From positions 4,096,001-4,160,000 of the forward strand of contig OY761556.1 of NCBI GenBank assembly GCA_963664705.1: a stretch of 64,000 nt of DNA, read 5' to 3'. A model generated the notes under the pieces. It had not been told where the DNA came from. It worked only from the letters and a program-made list of their open reading frames with translations, and searched no databases. Shown here in pieces: positions 49,543 to 59,534 of the stretch. Each line of letters begins with the position of its first letter. Within the stretch, counting starts at the first letter, position 1. This stretch comes from Acidobacteriota bacterium (GTDB lineage Bacteria; Acidobacteriota; UBA6911). The position numbers and the translations under genes were made by a program.

Positions 49543-49583
49543 CCCACTGCCCACTGCCTACTGCCTACTGACTACTGACTACT
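49543..49583. repeat. Heptamer array, right arm of the inverted pair around dtd
   Basis: cccactgcccactgcctactgcctactgactactgac. Confidence 0.8.
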
Positions 49584-49629
49584 ATTCGGTTATTGATTCC
49601 TTCGCCGCCGGTTCGTAAGATTAACAACT

Positions 49630-50214
49630 ATGGTACTAAGCAAATTTGCGGTGAACCTCATCTTTGGCATTGTCGTTGCCGTACTTGCAGTGACTGCCGG
49701 GATATTTCTATTTCCCGGAGCCGATCATCCGGCGCAGCGCGAACAGGCGCCGCCAGCCCAGGCCCAAATGCCGGCAAACAATCCGCCGGTGGATTCTGCG
49801 GGCCGAATCCAGGCTCTCGAGCAACTGATGTCGAGAGAGCCTCAAAACGCGGACTATCCCGCGCAGGTGGGAAATCTCTATTATGATCTCGGAGAATATC
49901 CCAAAGCCGCGGAATTCTATCAGAAAAGCCTGAATCTCCGTCCCAAGGACCCCAGCGTCGAAACGGATCTGGCTACCTGTTATCACTACATGGGCCAGGA
50001 CGATAGATCGCTGGAGATTTTGGATAACGTTCTGCGATACAATCCGGGCTTCACGCAGGCGAAATTCAACAAGGGGATTGTGCTGATCGAAGGCAAAAAG
50101 GATGTGAAGCGCGGAATTTCCATTTGGGAAGATCTGCTGCGAACCGATCCCACTTACAGCCAGAAAGCGGAACTGGAACAGCGAATCCAGAAGCTGAAGG
50201 CATCTGTTCAGTAG
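49630..50214 (+). CDS. Membrane-anchored TPR protein
   Basis: N-terminal TM; GNLYYD.G.Y.KA..FYQKSL; TDLA..Y. Confidence 0.88.
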   Translation: MVLSKFAVNLIFGIVVAVLAVTAGIFLFPGADHPAQREQAPPAQAQMPANNPPVDSAGRIQALEQLMSREPQNADYPAQVGNLYYDLGEYPKAAEFYQKSLNLRPKDPSVETDLATCYHYMGQDDRSLEILDNVLRYNPGFTQAKFNKGIVLIEGKKDVKRGISIWEDLLRTDPTYSQKAELEQRIQKLKASVQ

Positions 50215-50228
50215 AAGCCAATAACATT

Positions 50229-50522
50229 ATGGCAACGTTATTTCTTCGCTTTTTCATCCTGGTTTTCCTTCTCTGGCTTCTCCAGCGTTTGCTCTCGAAG
50301 GTACTGCGCCCGTCCAGGCCGAATGCCGAAGGACAAAGCCCTGCAGCAAGCCCGAATAACATGGTCAAAGATCCCGTCTGCGGCATGTACATGGACTCGC
50401 GCCTGGCCATCCGGATGGAGAAACGGAAGGAAACTCTTTATTTTTGTTCGGAAGATTGCAAAAACAAATATCTGGGTAAAGGCACGGAAGAAGCCGGGGC
50501 TCAAAACTCCCCTACCGTGTAA
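50229..50522 (+). CDS. YHS domain small membrane protein
   Basis: MVKDPVCGMY...YFCSEDC. Confidence 0.88.
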   Translation: MATLFLRFFILVFLLWLLQRLLSKVLRPSRPNAEGQSPAASPNNMVKDPVCGMYMDSRLAIRMEKRKETLYFCSEDCKNKYLGKGTEEAGAQNSPTV

Positions 50523-50604
50523 TTTTTCACAGTATGCCATTTCGGAGTTGAAAACCTGGTTTGCCATCGTATAATGGGAATCCCTGGCATCCTGAATAAC
50601 TTAC

Positions 50605-51390
50605 ATGGATGAGGTCCGGTCGAAAGTGGTTGATTTGGATAATCCGCGCTCAAAGAAACCGAAACGATTCTCTGAAGATATGATCCGCGAATGCCTTGCG
50701 GTGATGGAATCAGGTGATATCGAGGACCTTTTTGAAATCATTCCGAGGATCGGGGTGCTTCGCGACAAGCGTTTCCATCAGCCCCTGCTCACATTTCTCA
50801 CAAGCGACGACATCAAGAAATGCGAATTCGCGGCCTACTGCATGGGAGCCATGGCGGACCGGGTGTTCGTGGAACCCCTCAAGACAGCTTTTCTGAAAGC
50901 CCGGCAGCTGAAAGGGTTTGGAGCCCAGGAACTGCAGATCGCTATTATTGAGGCGATCGGTTCAATCGGTGACGATGCCGCGGTCGATTTTTTCCTCCCT
51001 GCGCTGAAGTCATGCTGTGCTACAAAAGCGGCCGGCGAAAGCAAGGGAGCCAGCAGGAATGCCGGGCGGATGAGCAAATGGATCATCGAATCCCTGGGCG
51101 CGATTGCGCAGCAGGGAGGAACGCGTTCATTGCATGCCCTGCTTGAATTGACTTCCCACGATGATGCGGAAATTCAGGCGCAGGCTCTGTCCGAGCTTTC
51201 CGTAGCTTATTGGCACCGACCCAACGAGATAGAAGATTCCACGCTTGAAAAGATTTACGAACTGACCAAGCATGACGATTCCATCGTCGCCGAGTCCGCA
51301 CTCGCGGCACTGCAGAATCTCGCCGATGTGGGATGCCTGCGTGCTGAAGAACTCTTCGCTTCTTCCGAAGATCAGGAAGAAGATCAGTAA
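50605..51390 (+). CDS. HEAT/PBS-lyase repeat protein
   Basis: AIIEAIGSIGD, IESLGAI, ALAALQNL helical repeats. Confidence 0.75.
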   Translation: MDEVRSKVVDLDNPRSKKPKRFSEDMIRECLAVMESGDIEDLFEIIPRIGVLRDKRFHQPLLTFLTSDDIKKCEFAAYCMGAMADRVFVEPLKTAFLKARQLKGFGAQELQIAIIEAIGSIGDDAAVDFFLPALKSCCATKAAGESKGASRNAGRMSKWIIESLGAIAQQGGTRSLHALLELTSHDDAEIQAQALSELSVAYWHRPNEIEDSTLEKIYELTKHDDSIVAESALAALQNLADVGCLRAEELFASSEDQEEDQ

Positions 51391-51453
51391 ATCCTGCCAC
51401 CAATCGCCTGGAATGAAGCCGGATCCCCTACCGAAGGCGAAGCCTTTCGCTGC

Positions 51454-51558
51454 AAATTCTGGAGAGAAATTCTGGACACCCATCCAAATTCTGGACACCC
51501 ATCAATTCATATCAAATTTCAAATTCTGGACACCCATCAATTCATATCCGCATCAATT
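51454..51558. repeat. Solitary tandem cluster of the CTGGACACCCA (Y1-element end) motif
   Basis: aaattctggacacccatc at 51467, 51486 and 51521, plus a partial copy at 51454 and aattcatatc twice. Confidence 0.88.
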
Positions 51559-51707
51559 CGCTGGTGTCGACAATTAGACTAGACGCTCCGAGTTGACGGC
51601 GGGAGACCACCGCACGCCCTGCATCTCGCCAGCAAGAGCAAATTTGCATCCACCACAGGCCTTTGCCGCCGGGACGTCGGTGCTCCTGGCAGGCCATGGC
51701 TATAGGC

Positions 51708-51760
51708 AAAAAAAAGCCCCGGTGCGCGCACTGGAATCTCTCCTTTGCATGCACCGGGGC
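51708..51760 (-). terminator. Rho-independent terminator of the TPR gene
   Basis: gccccggtgc / gcaccggggc stem followed on the minus strand by T8. Confidence 0.75.
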
Positions 51761-51782
51761 AATAATCCTGCGCCGCGTGTAC

Positions 51783-52802
51783 TTACTTCTTTACCGACTT
51801 CTGCAGCACATCAATGATCTGTTTGGAAGTTTCAATCTGATCCGCCTTCTTCCCGATCTTGAGGTAGGTTTCAAACGCTTTGATGGCTTCCGGCATGGTT
51901 TCGGTCTTGCCGGACAGGCACATACCCAACTGGTAATAGGCTTCGGCGAAACTCGGGTCCGCAGCAATGGCCTGCTTGAATGATTCCGCCGCTTCCGCGG
52001 TCTTGCCGTTGTTCACCTGGGTCGCGCCGATGTTATAGAAGTTCTGTGCCGAAGCTCCCGGATTCAGGGTGGCGGCCTTTTTAAACGCTTCCTGCGATTC
52101 GGCGTTCTTCCCCATTTTGCTCAACAGCACGCCCATGTTGGTATACAGAGCAGCGTCGTCGGGTTTGACCGTGATGGCCTTCTTGTATGTTTCGAGGGCA
52201 TCGTCATTCTTGTTCATCTTTGAATAGGAATCCGCCATGTTGCCAAGGATGTTGGATTGCTCCGGATCCTTTTCAAGAGCTTTCTTGAATTCGGCAATGG
52301 CTTCTTCGTGTTTTCCTTCCGCCGCGAGTTTCAAACCCGAATCGAATAAAGTCTGCACTTCCGCGGAAAACGATTTTCTCTTTTCGGCTTTTTCCGCTTC
52401 CTTCTGCAACTGTTCACGCTCCTGGTCGGTATACTCGAATGCGAGTTTGCCGTCGGCGCCAGGTTTCAGCGAAAAGTCCACATTGGTCGGAGCCTGAATT
52501 GTAGCGGACAAAGGCTGTTTGAAATCGGGGCTGAACCCGCTGGCACGAACAACAACGCGGTATTCACCGGCCGCGATCCCCATGTAAATCCAGGCGCCTT
52601 TTTTATCGGACTTGGTCGTATATACGCGGGATTTGGAATCCAGTGCCTGGATGGTGATCTGAGCGCCCACCACGGGCTGCCCTTTGTCATCCGTCACCTT
52701 GCCCTGGAAAATGCGGTTCTGCGCAACAGCAGGCAGAGTCATCGCAATCAACAAAAGCAGAGAAACACCTATCAACACAAAATGCCTGGACGAGATATGC
52801 AT
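51783..52802 (-). CDS. Secreted carboxypeptidase-regulatory-like domain + TPR protein
   Basis: Signal peptide; G.VTD..G.PV.GA.I; several TPRs; GGAGG RBS. Confidence 0.9.
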   Translation of the reverse strand: MHISSRHFVLIGVSLLLLIAMTLPAVAQNRIFQGKVTDDKGQPVVGAQITIQALDSKSRVYTTKSDKKGAWIYMGIAAGEYRVVVRASGFSPDFKQPLSATIQAPTNVDFSLKPGADGKLAFEYTDQEREQLQKEAEKAEKRKSFSAEVQTLFDSGLKLAAEGKHEEAIAEFKKALEKDPEQSNILGNMADSYSKMNKNDDALETYKKAITVKPDDAALYTNMGVLLSKMGKNAESQEAFKKAATLNPGASAQNFYNIGATQVNNGKTAEAAESFKQAIAADPSFAEAYYQLGMCLSGKTETMPEAIKAFETYLKIGKKADQIETSKQIIDVLQKSVKK

Positions 52803-52969
52803 GGAGCCTCCTTGCAGTTCTCACAAATAAGAATGCACAATTGCTAACCGAGCTATTTTATTGACGCAGCAACCACTTGTCAATAAACCTGCACATCGCC
52901 TTTGCGGTCTTTTTTGCGCCGCCGGCTCTGAGAGCTCCAAGTCCATGACAAGTTCGATAGGATAGATTC

Positions 52970-54916
52970 TCAATCCCTCAGGAAGTTGCAGATATTTTTT
53001 GAATCGTTCGTAACGGGAGCGGGAGGCAGGCTCCGAAGAAACATACGGCCGTAACTCTTGGTAAGGATACGCTTATCCAGGAGCGCAAGGATCCCGCGAT
53101 CCGTCTTGCTGCGGATGAGGCGTCCCATCCCCTGCTTCAGCAGAATCGTGGCGGTAGGAATCTGGTAATCATAAAAAGCATTCCCGCCTGATTCATTGAT
53201 CTGGGCAATACGGGCAGCCACGACCGGATCGCTGGGCACCGAAAACGGCAGTTTGTCGATGACGACACAGCTTAACTGATCTCCTTGCACATCAACTCCT
53301 TGCCAGAAACTGCTGGTGGCAAAAAGGACGGCGTTCGGAGTTCTCCGGAACAATTCAAGCAGCGCAGACTTGCTTTTTTCGCCCTGAATCAACAGTGGAA
53401 ACGGCAGCCTGTTCTTCAAGGACTGATAAACCTGTTCCATCTGGCTATAGCTGGTAAACAACAGGAACGCCCGCCCCCTGCTTGCTTCGAGGATGGTCTC
53501 GAGTTCCTTCGACGCCTGCCGCACCCATCCTTCCTCCCGCGGTTCCGGGATGTTCTTGGGGATATACAAAATCGATTGGCTGGCAAAATCGAAATGGGAA
53601 GGGACGATGAGTTCGTCCGCCTCGTCAATCCCCAGCCGGGATTTTGCAAACTGGAAATTGCCTCCGGTTGACAGGGTTGCCGATGTCAGGATGGCGGAAT
53701 CAACAAAAGAAAACAGCCGATCCTTCATGATTGCCGAAATATTGATGGGGGATGCCCACAAAAAGACTCCGCGGCCGCGAAGCTCGCACCAGAACACATG
53801 TTCCCGGGAGTCCGATTCCAGGATAGTTCCCAGATCATCTGCCAGTTCCCGGTAGCGGCGGCTCAGCGCATCGATGCTATCGCTCTGGACCGAGAGATTC
53901 TTCAGCGCGGTCCGAAGCACTTCCAGTTGCGTGCGCAGTCCGCTGTAAGCCTCGCTTAAAAGATCTCCGCCGTTCAATCCCCGTCGAACCGCCGATCCGG
54001 ACCCCAGCGGCTGAAGGACGTACCGTCCTTCCCTGCCATGAAATCGCCCGAAGAAATCCTTACCGCGCTCCTGCAGCCGGGCAATCTGCTCCGACAGGAA
54101 ACTGGACAAGGCACCGGTTTCATTCAACACGCGGTCGGTGTCTCTTGCCAGTTCTTCCACGCGGTAATTGCTGACCATGACTCCAAAATATTGTGTCGCG
54201 ACATCTTCAAGTTCATGCGCCTCATCAAAAACGATGATCGAATAGTCCGGGAGAACCGATCCAAAATCGCCCTGCCGCAGCGCCAGGTCCGCGAAGAAGA
54301 GATGATGATTCACAATGATGATATCGGATTGAAGGGCCTGCTGCCGGATTCGTGTGACGAAGCATGCATCGAAATTGCGGCATTTCTGCCCGGTACATAT
54401 TTCGCGGCGTGCATCAAGATGGTGCCACAGCAGAATATCTTCCGGCAATTCGGACAATTCCGCTCGATCCCCTGTATTGGTTTGCTGAGCCCATTTCCGG
54501 ATAAGCTTCAGGTATTCCGGATCGTGGGGTGAGAAAAGATACGCCCCGCCTTCAATTTCTTCCAGGCGGTTCCAGCAGAGATAGTTGCTGCGCCCCTTCA
54601 TATAGCAGACGGAGAGTTTACGGCCCAGCGCCTTTTCCAGGAAGGGGATATCCTTTAAAAAGAGCTGCTCCTGCAAATTCTTAGTGGCGGTAGAAATGAT
54701 TACTCTTTTGTTGGAGAAGATTGCAGGAACAAGGTAGGCCAGCGTCTTCCCGGTTCCTGTTCCCGCCTCGACGCATAAGTGGCGGCTTTCGTCGATCGAC
54801 CTCATGACGGCCTTTGCCATCTGGATTTGTCCAGGCCGATACTCGTAGAAAGGATGGCTCCCAGCAATCGGCCCCTCGGGACCCAGCATCTGTTCAAGCT
54901 CGTTGAGTGAATCCAT
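52970..54916 (-). CDS. DinG/YoaA-family ATP-dependent DNA helicase
   Basis: RPGQ..MA, EAGTGTGKT, KGR.NYLC, DEAH, LTSATL, FWQGVD, QG.GRLIR. Confidence 0.95.
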   Translation of the reverse strand: MDSLNELEQMLGPEGPIAGSHPFYEYRPGQIQMAKAVMRSIDESRHLCVEAGTGTGKTLAYLVPAIFSNKRVIISTATKNLQEQLFLKDIPFLEKALGRKLSVCYMKGRSNYLCWNRLEEIEGGAYLFSPHDPEYLKLIRKWAQQTNTGDRAELSELPEDILLWHHLDARREICTGQKCRNFDACFVTRIRQQALQSDIIIVNHHLFFADLALRQGDFGSVLPDYSIIVFDEAHELEDVATQYFGVMVSNYRVEELARDTDRVLNETGALSSFLSEQIARLQERGKDFFGRFHGREGRYVLQPLGSGSAVRRGLNGGDLLSEAYSGLRTQLEVLRTALKNLSVQSDSIDALSRRYRELADDLGTILESDSREHVFWCELRGRGVFLWASPINISAIMKDRLFSFVDSAILTSATLSTGGNFQFAKSRLGIDEADELIVPSHFDFASQSILYIPKNIPEPREEGWVRQASKELETILEASRGRAFLLFTSYSQMEQVYQSLKNRLPFPLLIQGEKSKSALLELFRRTPNAVLFATSSFWQGVDVQGDQLSCVVIDKLPFSVPSDPVVAARIAQINESGGNAFYDYQIPTATILLKQGMGRLIRSKTDRGILALLDKRILTKSYGRMFLRSLPPAPVTNDSKNICNFLRD

Positions 54917-55069
54917 GACCTGAAGCCTCTCCAGTCTAGTCACGAATCCTCCGGCCTTCCCTGGGGCATTCGTGTCGAAAAAAACAGTTTAACCCAGAGT
55001 CCCTGTTCAAAAAGAAAAAACCTGCAACTGCCTCCGCATATCCTGTAGTATCCCAGATGGAGGACACCC

Positions 55070-55618
55070 ATGGAACTCAAGAACCCGGAAACCGCAATCC
55101 TGGACCACAAGGAGATCTACAAGGGAAAAATCGTCGGTCTGCATGTGGATACCATTCGTCAGGCATCCGGCGGAACCACAATCCGGGAGGTGGTGCTTCA
55201 TCCTGGAGGAGTGACCGCGGTTCCCGTGCTGGACGACGGCCGGATCATGCTGATCCGCCAGTTCCGGTATCCTATTGGTAAATTTATTCTTGAGTTGCCT
55301 GCGGGAAAGCTGGACAGCGGCCAGCCGCCCAGGGAAACCGTTGCCCGCGAGCTGGAAGAGGAAATCGGGTATACGGCGGGAACGCTGGAATACCAGACAA
55401 CTTTCTATACAACGCCAGGAATCTGCAACGAGGCCATCCATTTTTTTGTTGCCAAAAATCTTGTGCCCTGCGGGCAAAGACTCGAGGAGGGAGAGCACAT
55501 CACTGTTGAGGCATATTCGCCGAGCGAATGCCTGGATTTGATCCGGACCGGAGGAATATGTGATGCCAAGACGATTCTCGGTATCCTCTGGTATACGCAG
55601 GCTTTAAATAAGGTTTAG
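55070..55618 (+). CDS. NUDIX hydrolase (ADP-ribose pyrophosphatase-like)
   Basis: ELPAGKLD.G......ARELEEEIG; QFRYP; DAKT. Confidence 0.93.
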   Translation: MELKNPETAILDHKEIYKGKIVGLHVDTIRQASGGTTIREVVLHPGGVTAVPVLDDGRIMLIRQFRYPIGKFILELPAGKLDSGQPPRETVARELEEEIGYTAGTLEYQTTFYTTPGICNEAIHFFVAKNLVPCGQRLEEGEHITVEAYSPSECLDLIRTGGICDAKTILGILWYTQALNKV

Positions 55619-55715
55619 TTGCCGGCGATTCATTATTTCTGCATTCTCCGCCTTTTATACCGCCTCTCCGTGTTTTTGGGTTAGGGATTTGCATCTGCTG
55701 TGGTATTATATCCAA

Positions 55716-56138
55716 ATGAGCAAAATTGCTGTTGGTTCCGACGTCGAAGCTTATTGCACTAAATGCAGAATGGTTCTGGCCCATGCTGTCGTGGCAATGG
55801 AGGGTGCCAAACCGCGCCGCGTTCGATGCAACACCTGCAACGGTGAACACAATTACAGAGCCACAAAGCCTGTCGCCAAAACCGCTTCCAAGAAAACCGA
55901 GAAGGGTGCGGCGAAAAAAACCACCACCAAGAAAACTCGGCAATCTTGGGAAGAGGTTATGCAGGAAGCTTCTGCAAAGCCTCACAAGAAATACAGCATG
56001 TCGGGCAGCTTTGGTGAAGGCGATTGGATCGAACACGCCACGTTTGGCCTGGGGTGCGTGCAAGTTTTTACCGCTCCGAACAAAATTACGGTTCGTTTTG
56101 CCGACTCCACCCGGATGCTGGTCTGCAACCAAGGCTAG
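55716..56138 (+). CDS. Conserved hypothetical protein with CxxC/CxxC zinc finger
   Basis: G..V.A.CTKC...HAVVAM..RV.CNTC..EH.Y; F..GD.I.H..FG.G. Confidence 0.85.
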   Translation: MSKIAVGSDVEAYCTKCRMVLAHAVVAMEGAKPRRVRCNTCNGEHNYRATKPVAKTASKKTEKGAAKKTTTKKTRQSWEEVMQEASAKPHKKYSMSGSFGEGDWIEHATFGLGCVQVFTAPNKITVRFADSTRMLVCNQG

Positions 56139-57005
56139 GTGAAAACCGTAGCTTCCGTCTCCAGTTCCCTTTTCGATGCTCTGCTGCTCCTGGTCCCAGG
56201 AGCTTCCAGGAGAACTCTGCGCCAAATGCTGTCGCAGGGGCGCGTTAGCATCAACGGACAGCCCTGCAGCATTGGCACGCACGAAGTCCATCGGGGGGAC
56301 ACGCTGGAAATCGGGCCGCGTCGAGCCCCCGCAAAGCTCCCGGGCGGTCTTTCTATCCTCTTTGAAGACAACGACATCCTGATTATTTCGAAGCCGGTCG
56401 GCCTGCTGACAGTAGCCACGGAGGACGAACGGGAACAGACGGTCTACTTTTATCTGCGCCAGTATCTGCAGCAACGCGATAAGCGTCAACGGCTGTTCAT
56501 TGTGCATCGACTGGATAAATTCGCCAGCGGGATTCTTGTCTTCGCCAAATCCGAGCGAATCAAGTCGCTGCTCCAGGGCATCTTCATGCGGCACGACATT
56601 CAACGAAAATATTGGGCCATCGTGGAAGGCAGTGTTGAGAAAGGGCGCGGGACGATCCGCAGCCATCTGGTGGAAAACAAATCGCTGCGAATGCATTCCA
56701 CCGAGGACAGCGGCAAAGGGAAGCTGGCGATCACTCATTACCGGGTTCTGCGGCGTGCGGGCCGAGTTACGGCGCTGGAAGTGACGCTGGAAACCGGGCG
56801 CAAAAACCAGATTCGAGTGCATTTATCGGAAATGGGGCACCCGATTGTCGGCGACAAAGCCTACGGCAGCACCAAAGACCCGCTTGGCCGTCTTGGCCTG
56901 CATGCGTTCCTGTTGGGGTTCAAGCATCCCGTGACAGGGGAGAATCTGCTTTTTCGCACCGAGCCGCCGCGGGAATTTGCAAAATACCTGCCGGGTGAAG
57001 ACTGA
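56139..57005 (+). CDS. RluA-family pseudouridine synthase
   Basis: KP.GLL, HRLDK.ASG, ETGRKNQIRVH, HPIVGD..YG, LHA. Confidence 0.95.
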   Translation: MKTVASVSSSLFDALLLLVPGASRRTLRQMLSQGRVSINGQPCSIGTHEVHRGDTLEIGPRRAPAKLPGGLSILFEDNDILIISKPVGLLTVATEDEREQTVYFYLRQYLQQRDKRQRLFIVHRLDKFASGILVFAKSERIKSLLQGIFMRHDIQRKYWAIVEGSVEKGRGTIRSHLVENKSLRMHSTEDSGKGKLAITHYRVLRRAGRVTALEVTLETGRKNQIRVHLSEMGHPIVGDKAYGSTKDPLGRLGLHAFLLGFKHPVTGENLLFRTEPPREFAKYLPGED

Positions 57006-57046
57006 GAGTTTAGGGATTGCGGATTGCAAATTCCAAACCAGGCGAT

Positions 57047-57706
57047 TCAATTCGAAATCGCAAATCGGAAATCCGCGATACCTCCCAGGTCAGTGATTTT
57101 CTCGATGTGATAATCCGCGCCATGACTCCCAGGCTGTCCGCCCACCATCACAGTCCTGATCCCCAGCTTGCGGGCTCCCTCGATGTTGGCAGCGGAATCC
57201 TCAATTAAAAGACACTCCTCCGGTTGCGCCTGGATGAGCGCGAGGGCTTTGGTATAGGAACGCTGATCGGGTTTATTGAGAAATTCGAGCAGGTGAATAT
57301 CGATGATGGATTCGAAGTGCCGCATGATTCTGAGCCGGTGCAAAACGCGACGGGCATGTTTGGCATCGGCGTTAGTAAAAATGATTTTCCGGAGATTCAG
57401 TCGATCGAGCATGTGATCGAGCTCTCGATCATACTGAATATAACGGTCCAGCGGAATGTTGTGAACAAAGTCCAGGAAATCACTCGGATCAACGGGGTAA
57501 TACCGGCGCAGGGCATTCAGCGTGGTCCCAAAAGCCGCCAGGAGATCCTGCCTCATTTTGCCGACTTCCTGCGCATTCATGCCGAGGCGTTCGATCATGT
57601 AGAGGTTGATTCGATTGCCGATTTCCTCCCACAATCCGCAGGATTGCGGATACAAAGTATTGTCGAGATCAAATAGTACGAGCCGAATCTTTGCTTTCAA
57701 ATCCAT
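57047..57706 (-). CDS. Pyrimidine 5'-nucleotidase (HAD superfamily)
   Basis: [14 protein letters not shown]...HA, KP, IEDS..N. Confidence 0.93.
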   Translation of the reverse strand: MDLKAKIRLVLFDLDNTLYPQSCGLWEEIGNRINLYMIERLGMNAQEVGKMRQDLLAAFGTTLNALRRYYPVDPSDFLDFVHNIPLDRYIQYDRELDHMLDRLNLRKIIFTNADAKHARRVLHRLRIMRHFESIIDIHLLEFLNKPDQRSYTKALALIQAQPEECLLIEDSAANIEGARKLGIRTVMVGGQPGSHGADYHIEKITDLGGIADFRFAISN

Positions 57707-58445
57707 CCTCCGAATCGGCTTCGCCATGGAGCTTACCAACAGCCGACAGGATTGAATTGCGGATATTGGGAATCTCCCGCTCCAGATCGTTAATCAGCCG
57801 GCCAACGCGCTTGCGCTGCAGGTTTTCCTGCGATCCGCAAAGTCCGCAGGGAATAATCGGATAATTCTGAAGGGCGGCGAACCGCTCGATGTCCGACTCC
57901 CAGCAATAGGCCATGGGCCGGATAACGGTATTGCGGCCGTCTTCGCTGCGAAGATAGGGCGGCATGCCCCGCGGAGAACCTTCAAAAAAGACGTTGAGCA
58001 GGAAAGTCTGCATGATGTCATCAGCGTGATGACCGAGCGCAATCTTGCTGCATCCTTCTTCAACGGCGACGTTATACAGGATTCCCCGTCGCAGGCGCGA
58101 GCAAAGAGAGCAGTACGTTTCGCCCTGGGCCAGTGTTCGCTTGACGATGGAGTAGGTATCCTTGCGGACGATGCGATACGGGATCCGGTTGGCTTCGAGG
58201 TAGGCGGGGAGCACGGCGGCGTTGAAACCGGGCTGCATCTGATCGAGGTTGACGGCCAGGAGATCGAAGTGCACGGGCGCCCGGCGCTGCAGATCATGCA
58301 ACAGTGTGAGGAGCGTGAAGCTGTCCTTGCCGCCGCTTAGGCAGACCATGATCCGGTCGCCTTCGACGATCATTTTGAAGTCGGCAATAGCCTGCCCGAC
58401 GCTGCGCAGGAGTTTTCTTTTCAGGAGCTGTTCTTCACTTTTCAT
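57669..58445 (-). CDS. ttcA: tRNA 2-thiocytidine(32) synthetase
   Basis: [44 protein letters not shown]. Confidence 0.95.
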   Translation of the reverse strand: MKSEEQLLKRKLLRSVGQAIADFKMIVEGDRIMVCLSGGKDSFTLLTLLHDLQRRAPVHFDLLAVNLDQMQPGFNAAVLPAYLEANRIPYRIVRKDTYSIVKRTLAQGETYCSLCSRLRRGILYNVAVEEGCSKIALGHHADDIMQTFLLNVFFEGSPRGMPPYLRSEDGRNTVIRPMAYCWESDIERFAALQNYPIIPCGLCGSQENLQRKRVGRLINDLEREIPNIRNSILSAVGKLHGEADSEDGFESKDSARTI

Positions 58446-58537
58446 CGCAACGGAAAATTGTATCGTGAAACCTGCAAAATCAGTGGTTGTTTTTGCTTTT
58501 TTTTGCCACGAATTCCACGAATGTTTATACTGCTGAT

Positions 58538-59281
58538 ATGAAACTGGATCGCGTTGTATTTCTGGGTTCCGGGGATGCATTTTCGGCGGGCGGGCAATTT
58601 CAGGCCGCGTATCTCATCGAATGCAGGGCGGAATCGATTCTGCTCGATTGCGGCCCGGGTGTTCTGACGTCGTTGAGCCGCCATAATCTGTCGCCTGCTC
58701 CGATCGGCACCATTCTTCTGACTCATTTTCACGGCGATCACTTTGGGGGCCTGCCATTTCTCTTTCTATATTACACGTATGTGGAGCCACGCACCGCGCC
58801 TCTGCGGATCGTTGGCCCTCCCCATGTGGAAGCGCGCGTGATGCAGTTATACCGGGCCATGTACGCCGACTCGGCGGAAGAAAGGCTTCCGTTTGAACTG
58901 CAGTTCATTGAGATCAGGCCGGGCAAAGCGCTGACAATGAACGGGCTGTGGATCCACTGCTTCCCGGTGCCGCATATGCAAAGCTCTCCATCGTATGGAT
59001 ATTCCATTCGATCGGCGGAGAAAAAGATCGTATTTTCCGGAGACAGTGGCTGGACCGAGGACCTGTTGAGCCATACCGAGGGTGCGGATTTATTCATCTG
59101 CGAGTGCAGCTTCTTCGAATCTCGTTTTGACATGCATCTCGATTATCCCCGCATTGCGGAGAACCTTGACCGATTCGGGGCCAAGCGGATGGTGTTGTCG
59201 CACTTGGGGCAAGAGGTGCTTCGCCGGCGAAACGAGATCGCGCTGGAGATCGCGCATGACGGACTGGTTATTGAGCTGTAA
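58538..59281 (+). CDS. MBL-fold metallo-hydrolase (RNase Z-like)
   Basis: [28 protein letters not shown]. Confidence 0.92.
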   Translation: MKLDRVVFLGSGDAFSAGGQFQAAYLIECRAESILLDCGPGVLTSLSRHNLSPAPIGTILLTHFHGDHFGGLPFLFLYYTYVEPRTAPLRIVGPPHVEARVMQLYRAMYADSAEERLPFELQFIEIRPGKALTMNGLWIHCFPVPHMQSSPSYGYSIRSAEKKIVFSGDSGWTEDLLSHTEGADLFICECSFFESRFDMHLDYPRIAENLDRFGAKRMVLSHLGQEVLRRRNEIALEIAHDGLVIEL

Positions 59282-59386
59282 AGGGCTAGGATAATTCAGC
59301 GACAAAAAAGCTATCCAGTCTTTACGGAATGCCCGGTCCGTGGTAATCTCTCCGGGCGTATTGCTTCAAGATTATCTGCAGGATAG

Positions 59387-59462
<76 letters not shown>

Positions 59463-59534
59463 TGAAAACAAAAGACTTACGGCAAATTAAACATCCCGCC
59501 AAAATCCAGAATAACAAATTTGGTTCCAATGCAA

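Noticed and set aside
51454-51558. Possible mini CRISPR array
   Set aside because: Repeats are 18 nt with 1-17 nt non-unique spacers and no cas genes; the motif matches the Y1 element ends.
55062-55071. GGACACCCAT matching the Y1 end motif
   Set aside because: It lacks the leading CT and is simply the RBS spacer plus start of the NUDIX gene.
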